A stretch of DNA of 64,000 bases from Schmidtea polychroa (Eukaryota). The translations under genes and the position numbers were made by a program. Shown here piece by piece: positions 38,814-64,000 of the stretch; the stretch's first letter is position 1, and each line of letters begins with the position of its first letter. The notes beneath the pieces were generated by a model. That model was not told the origin of the DNA and made no database searches. It worked only from the letters and a program-made list of their open reading frames with translations. The stretch is from contig CM097885.1 of NCBI GenBank assembly GCA_044892525.1, forward strand, positions 34,970,001-35,034,000. The letters are read 5' to 3'.

Positions 38814-39520
38814 TTAAATTCAAGTCTTCTTCAAGCATTTATTTTTATAACAACTTCAAAATTGTGCCGTTTACTAGAGTATTTAAACACCGAGGCGTGA
38901 TAATTATTAATATTAATGTAATTATTGGTCATACATTCAATTGATTTAATTTAATATAATTTAATATAATATCATATAATTTAATATAGAATTTAAATAT
39001 AAAAATAAATATAAGAAAATCGTTTGAAAGAAGGAAGGACAATTGATGATAATGGTTATGAATATCGATATGCCCGATACAGTAGTCTGTATATAAAAAC
39101 GAGAAATCGGAGAATAGCCTATTCAATATTGAGAAAAGAATCAGAATTATATTTTCATAGTAAGGGAAATTTTGTGAAACATGGCAACTCATTTCTTGCA
39201 AACTTGGCCACCCGCTGATATGGGAGATGAAGCTATATATGTATATATACATGTATAATAAATATTTATAATTAATTGGTTTTCGTTATAATATAAGTAT
39301 GGTTAAGCATTGTATGGCTTTGGATCTTAATTTGACTCTTCAAGACCAATTCCATTCCTGTAAGTACATAATTAATGGGAGTGGTGGATTCTTTTTTTTA
39401 GCTACGGCTCTGGCGCCAATAAAAAAGAACTGCAATCTTAAAATCCAAGAATAGCAATTTCCAAATACAAATCCAGTCGAATAAAATTTTTACGACTACA
39501 ATCAATGACGAACAATGTAT

Positions 39521-40360
39521 TGTTGGGTTTTATGATAATAAAAAGTCGACCGTTGGTAACTCTTACAAAATCGAGAAAACTAAATTCCCAAGTATTATTG
39601 TTTATCACAATTTACCACTCTCAGTGATAAATTACAATTTTTAATCAGCAACAATCGTTACACTATCGGAACCTTGTGCGATTTAAACTAAGTTTCACCT
39701 GATGATTCTCTTGTTCACTTTTGGATCCAAATTCCTTTGATACTCTCTTTCGTTCTAACCCTTCAGGCCCTTTCATAATTCTCGTTTTCAGTTTTTGTTT
39801 CTTTTCCCGAAACTCCTATTCTCAGTTTCTTCGTCCCTATCTGAGGCTACTGCCAATTATCTGAATTTAGAGTTTCCTTATATATTCCAATAATCGTTGT
39901 AATTGCTCAGTTTTTGACTTAATTGGTTTCTTCTAACAAACGACTTCCTAATTTATCGTTTTGTTGTTCCTTAAAAGAAATTCTGAGAGATGGGGGACAC
40001 TTGTAGTCAAAGCCGGCTGGAGTCAAGGTAAAGCTACACCAGGATGTGAACTCACGTTCAATAGTTGCCTTTATATCAAAATCTCATCTGACACGTAGGT
40101 TGGACGGACCCAAAGGGTTCTTTGAGTCATAGCTTACCTCAACCTAGTGATGATATTAATTTAAAAAATAATTATTGATTTAAAGGAAAAATATGCATAT
40201 GATATAGTTTTGAGACTTGGTCAGTTGAAATTGAAATATAGATCACTGAAGATCGATAGTATAAAACTACATCAAAGCCTTGTTTTTGAAAGAGTCATAA
40301 GAAAAGGAGGATATAATTCTGTTATGTAGTTTTAATAATAGAAGAACTAATAACCCAACA
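39521..40360. mobile_element. LTR relic(s): solo LTR or two back-to-back LTR fragments
   Basis: Begins TGTTGGGTT and ends AACCCAACA. 39830-39890 resembles 14415-14480 (CCCTA.CTGAGGC...CTTATATA.TCC). Purine tract plus TGTAGTC at ~39985-40008. Confidence 0.55.
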
Positions 40361-40757
40361 ATATATTATTTATGTGCGGAATCTTTTACTTTATTAAACC
40401 ATAAATTGTTTTCAATCTATTATTACGTATTTTCAAAAGTGTCTCTCATTAGGAAGGCTTTGTCAAGTTCATCAAATGATCTTTGAGAAGAAAAATGTTT
40501 TTATGAACAATTTCTATGATTTCTTCAACAAAATATTAAATTCTAATAAAAATAATTACAATGATAATGAGATTGTTATCTTTTCAAAATAAAAAAATCC
40601 TATACAATTCTAATTTAATTATAGAAAATCCAAAGGAATACAAATTATCATAAATATTTCATTGTTAAGACATTTTGTTTTATCGAACTTAGTAGCTAAA
40701 TTTATTTAAAAGTAAATTTTCATAAAAATTAATTTTTTTCAAATTTTTCGAATAAAA

Positions 40758-61057
<20,300 letters not shown>

Positions 61058-61564
61058 GTTAGAGAATTTGATTTTAAAATTAATTATTTGATTTATGGGA
61101 TAATTTTGACAATAATGATTACATCTATCCAAATTTGATTATCTCTAAAATTGTTCTACATTTTTATTAATTAAAACTTTCCATTTTGGAATAATTAATG
61201 AGCACTATCTACGACAATTCAAACATGGTACCAATGTAGCAATGGTATTTCATCATTTTTAATGTAATTTCTAATTAGTAGGGATCAAAGATACAATTTT
61301 ACTTACCAGCGTCACCTAAGAAACCGCATTCTATAGGTGAATCCAACTCATCCATTAGAAAAATTAAAAAAATTAAAGATAATAATAATTGAATTATTTA
61401 AATTTTATAAAAGATTTTACTCATATTTGTGTATAATTGCAATTATAATTTATTTATAGCAAATGATATAAATTACGGTACATTTAACCATAAATTAAGG
61501 TCTAAAAATCATTATATCGTTTAAAAAGCTTGAATAAAAGATCAAAATATCGATATTTTTGATA

Positions 61565-61599
61565 TTCACGAATTTTCGGCACTGCCCTTTTCAAGTAAA
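61565..61599 (-). ncRNA. Minimal hammerhead-like motif with U3-A8 core variant
   Basis: TTTAC-TTGAAAA-G-GGC-AGT-GCC-GAAA-ATTC^-GTGAA. Confidence 0.6.
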
Positions 61600-61615
61600 A
61601 ATCATTAGTTTATAT

Positions 61616-62138
61616 CAGGGGTGGGGAACCTTTTTATTTCCATAGGCCACATTGAAATTTGTCGTATCCAAATGGGGCCGCAGTCAAAAAAAGTCTTTTA
61701 ACATTAATTAATTTCATTTTAAATCTTTTGTTTGTATACAGTTAGTAATTAAAACAATGTTTAAAATCAGTCTCCTGATTTGAATAATGCAGCTGTACGA
61801 AATATTCTGGAATATATTTATTATTTCTGAATCGAAAAATTGGTGCAAATAAGTCATCATTTCCAAATGAGTGCTCAATAATCTTATTTATTCGTCTACA
61901 TACGTTTTGTATTTATGGGTGTGAATGATTGAATTTTATATTTGGTTCTTTGTACTCGGCGGGATGCTTGTACAGCACGATATATACAGTTCAGTAGTTA
62001 CAAGTATTTTTATTTGTAAATCATCAAAATTCATGGTTTTTATATAAATTAAGATTTATTTCGATAAGGCTGCTGAGGCCACACGTGAAGCTCTGGGAGG
62101 CCGCATGCGGCCTAAAGGCCACAGGTTCCCCAACCCTG
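61616..62138. mobile_element. hAT (Buster/Charlie) MITE, 523 bp
   Basis: TIR CAGGG(G/T)TGGGGAACCT; perfect 8-bp TSD GTTTATAT. Confidence 0.95.
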
Positions 62139-62949
62139 GTTTATATCATATTTATCTTTTGGTTTCACCTTTGATATTTTTTTAATTCAATAATTTTCAT
62201 ATTAATATTTTATTATTATAGATAAAATTATAGATCAAAACAGTAAGGTAAATGATATTTCAACACAGCCTTTATCAAGTGGTGATCCGTATAATAATTA
62301 TCTATATCCATATAAAATCAAAATTTAACCCTTAAAAATTACTTAAAATGTTAAAACTTACTTGAAAGCCATTTCTAAAATGGCTAACTAAATTACAGAA
62401 AAATAAAAATCATTTTCTGATACACCAACCGGCAATCGATTATCATCAAATGGCCATTGATTTGCAAATTTAATAATATAAATATTAACTTACCTATAAT
62501 AAATGTGTGTGTGTGTGTCATAGCCAGAAGGGACATTGAATTAGCTAGGTGACATTAAATTGGCTGTTACACTATACACCTAATTCCACATGTTAAAAGT
62601 CTCTATAATACATTTTGGTGTGTTCATCAGTCGATGACTCACCATTTATGAGAGTGTTTATTTCATTTTTTCATTTCAATTCAATTTTATTTTATGGTTT
62701 TAGAAATAAGTTTTTTAAATTTAAGTATATTTTAAGACTTGAATTTTGATTTTATATAATTATGAGATTCAAGCTCTTAAATATTACTTGTAATCAGCAT
62801 TTATAATATAAAATATTGATAATTAAATTTCAAGTGTTTTCTTAGGTATTTTATGACATGTTATGAATTTGGAATTATTTCAATAAAATGTAAGTTAGAT
62901 ATATTTTTAACTAAAAAGAAATAAAATAATCACCAAACACATTTATTTG

Positions 62950-63429
62950 TTTAAGAGATTTAGGCGTATATGGATAAAATTGTTTTTTAAGTTTTTGTAA
63001 TCCTCTTTCTCCAGCTCATTTTCAATAGCCTCTTTGACGATATAGACGGATTTTGTCATTTTCTGAAATTCTATGAAAATATTATTTTTTTAAAATAAGT
63101 TATTAAAATTTACGATTTTCGAATTTTTTTCTTCAATTCCAAAGATGTCGAAGGAACTTGTTGAATATCTTCACACAAAGGCGTTTGACTAGAAATATCT
63201 GATATGCTGTAAAATATTTTAATTATTTGTAATCAAATGAAAAAAATTCTTACATTGTCAGATCTTCAACTTCGCAAAATGGAAGTGTTTCCAAAGAAAT
63301 ATCTGAAAATCTAAAGAAATATTAACTTCAAAAATATTTTATAAATAGATCTTACGATGTTTTGTCGTCCTTTTCTCGAAAACTCAAAATTCAGTTGTCC
63401 GATTCAAAATCCAAATTTTTTTCAGCCAT
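62950..63429 (-). pseudogene. Multi-exon pseudogene of unknown family (exons 63429-63356, 63310-63254, 63206-63114, 63070-); tandem paralogue fragment at ~63845-63990
   Basis: Three consecutive phase-2 GT-AG introns of 45, 47 and 43 nt. In-frame TGA in exon 1 and a frameshift in exon 4. IVKEAIENELEKEDYKNLKNNFIHI resembles ISQAVIEELSKPDYSNLKNYYNHI upstream. Confidence 0.5.
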
Positions 63430-64000
63430 GAATTTTAATAATTTAAAATTAATGATATGTTAACAGTATGTTAATTACTTTCTACTTTCGGAATAAAAAA
63501 AGCTATATTAAATTTGCGTGTATTTTATATTATGTGTGTTGTGTTTGTATGTAAAATTATTTTTTTGTCACTTTCTCAATTCCTATAATAAAACTTTTAA
63601 TATTCGGAACATTAAATTTTTGCACACAGGTAAGTTTGTGTGTTGCTATAATATAATTTTATCGATTTTCTTTAGATTATACACCAAAGCGCATTTGATT
63701 ATCATAAATGAGACATTCATTTAGCTATGTCAAATAAGCATTGTTTTGGATTTTAGTTAATTTTAAGATTTTTTGTTAAAATAATGAATAAAGAAGTAAG
63801 ATATTTATTTATTTATTTAAATATACATTACATTTTTCAGAATTCACCTAAAATATCCTGTTTCTTCAAGCATTTAGGGTAAGAACCTTTTAATATGATT
63901 ATAGTAATTTTTCAAATTACTATAATCTGGTTTGCTAAGTTCCTCGATAACTGCTTGGGATATTGCGGTAAATCTGTCATTGAAAGTCATCCTGGAAAAT

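Noticed and set aside
63016..63393. Three in-frame TGA codons suggesting selenocysteine, recoding or A-to-I repair
   Set aside because: Comparison with the paralogue at 63845-63990 shows the true exon 4 frame is shifted, so two TGAs are out of frame; ordinary pseudogene decay suffices.

Overview
Very AT-rich, repeat-dense eukaryotic (animal) DNA. Long (AAT)n arrays and 43-58 nt introns suggest a planarian/flatworm, which is inference only. Positions ~1-9900 form a giant near-perfect palindrome (axis ~5104, ~0.4 kb spacer). It carries two mirror copies of an IAP-type RING ORF, ten copies of a ~40-bp dyad motif and outer satellite arrays. A region dense in AP-1 (TGASTCA) and TCAAGGTCA sites follows and ends in a Polinton-like terminus at ~12452. 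Next come Gypsy relics, tandem ~1-kb LTR-like units embedded in (AAT)n, and the 5' exons of a Nova-like KH gene. A 4270-bp Polinton/Maverick-derived cassette (PZ, adenovirus pX-like protein, packaging ATPase, major capsid fused to an integrase tail) is bracketed by 133-bp direct repeats. Further right are a Gypsy element cut by a Buster-type hAT and two tiny adjacent host genes (COPS9-like and ANAPC16-like). After them come an intact piggyBac and a divergent kinesin light chain gene. Its large introns hold a Helitron relic, mariner relics, MITEs, an intact hATm element and Penelope-type hammerhead ribozymes. All family assignments come from motif recognition by eye; no searches were run.
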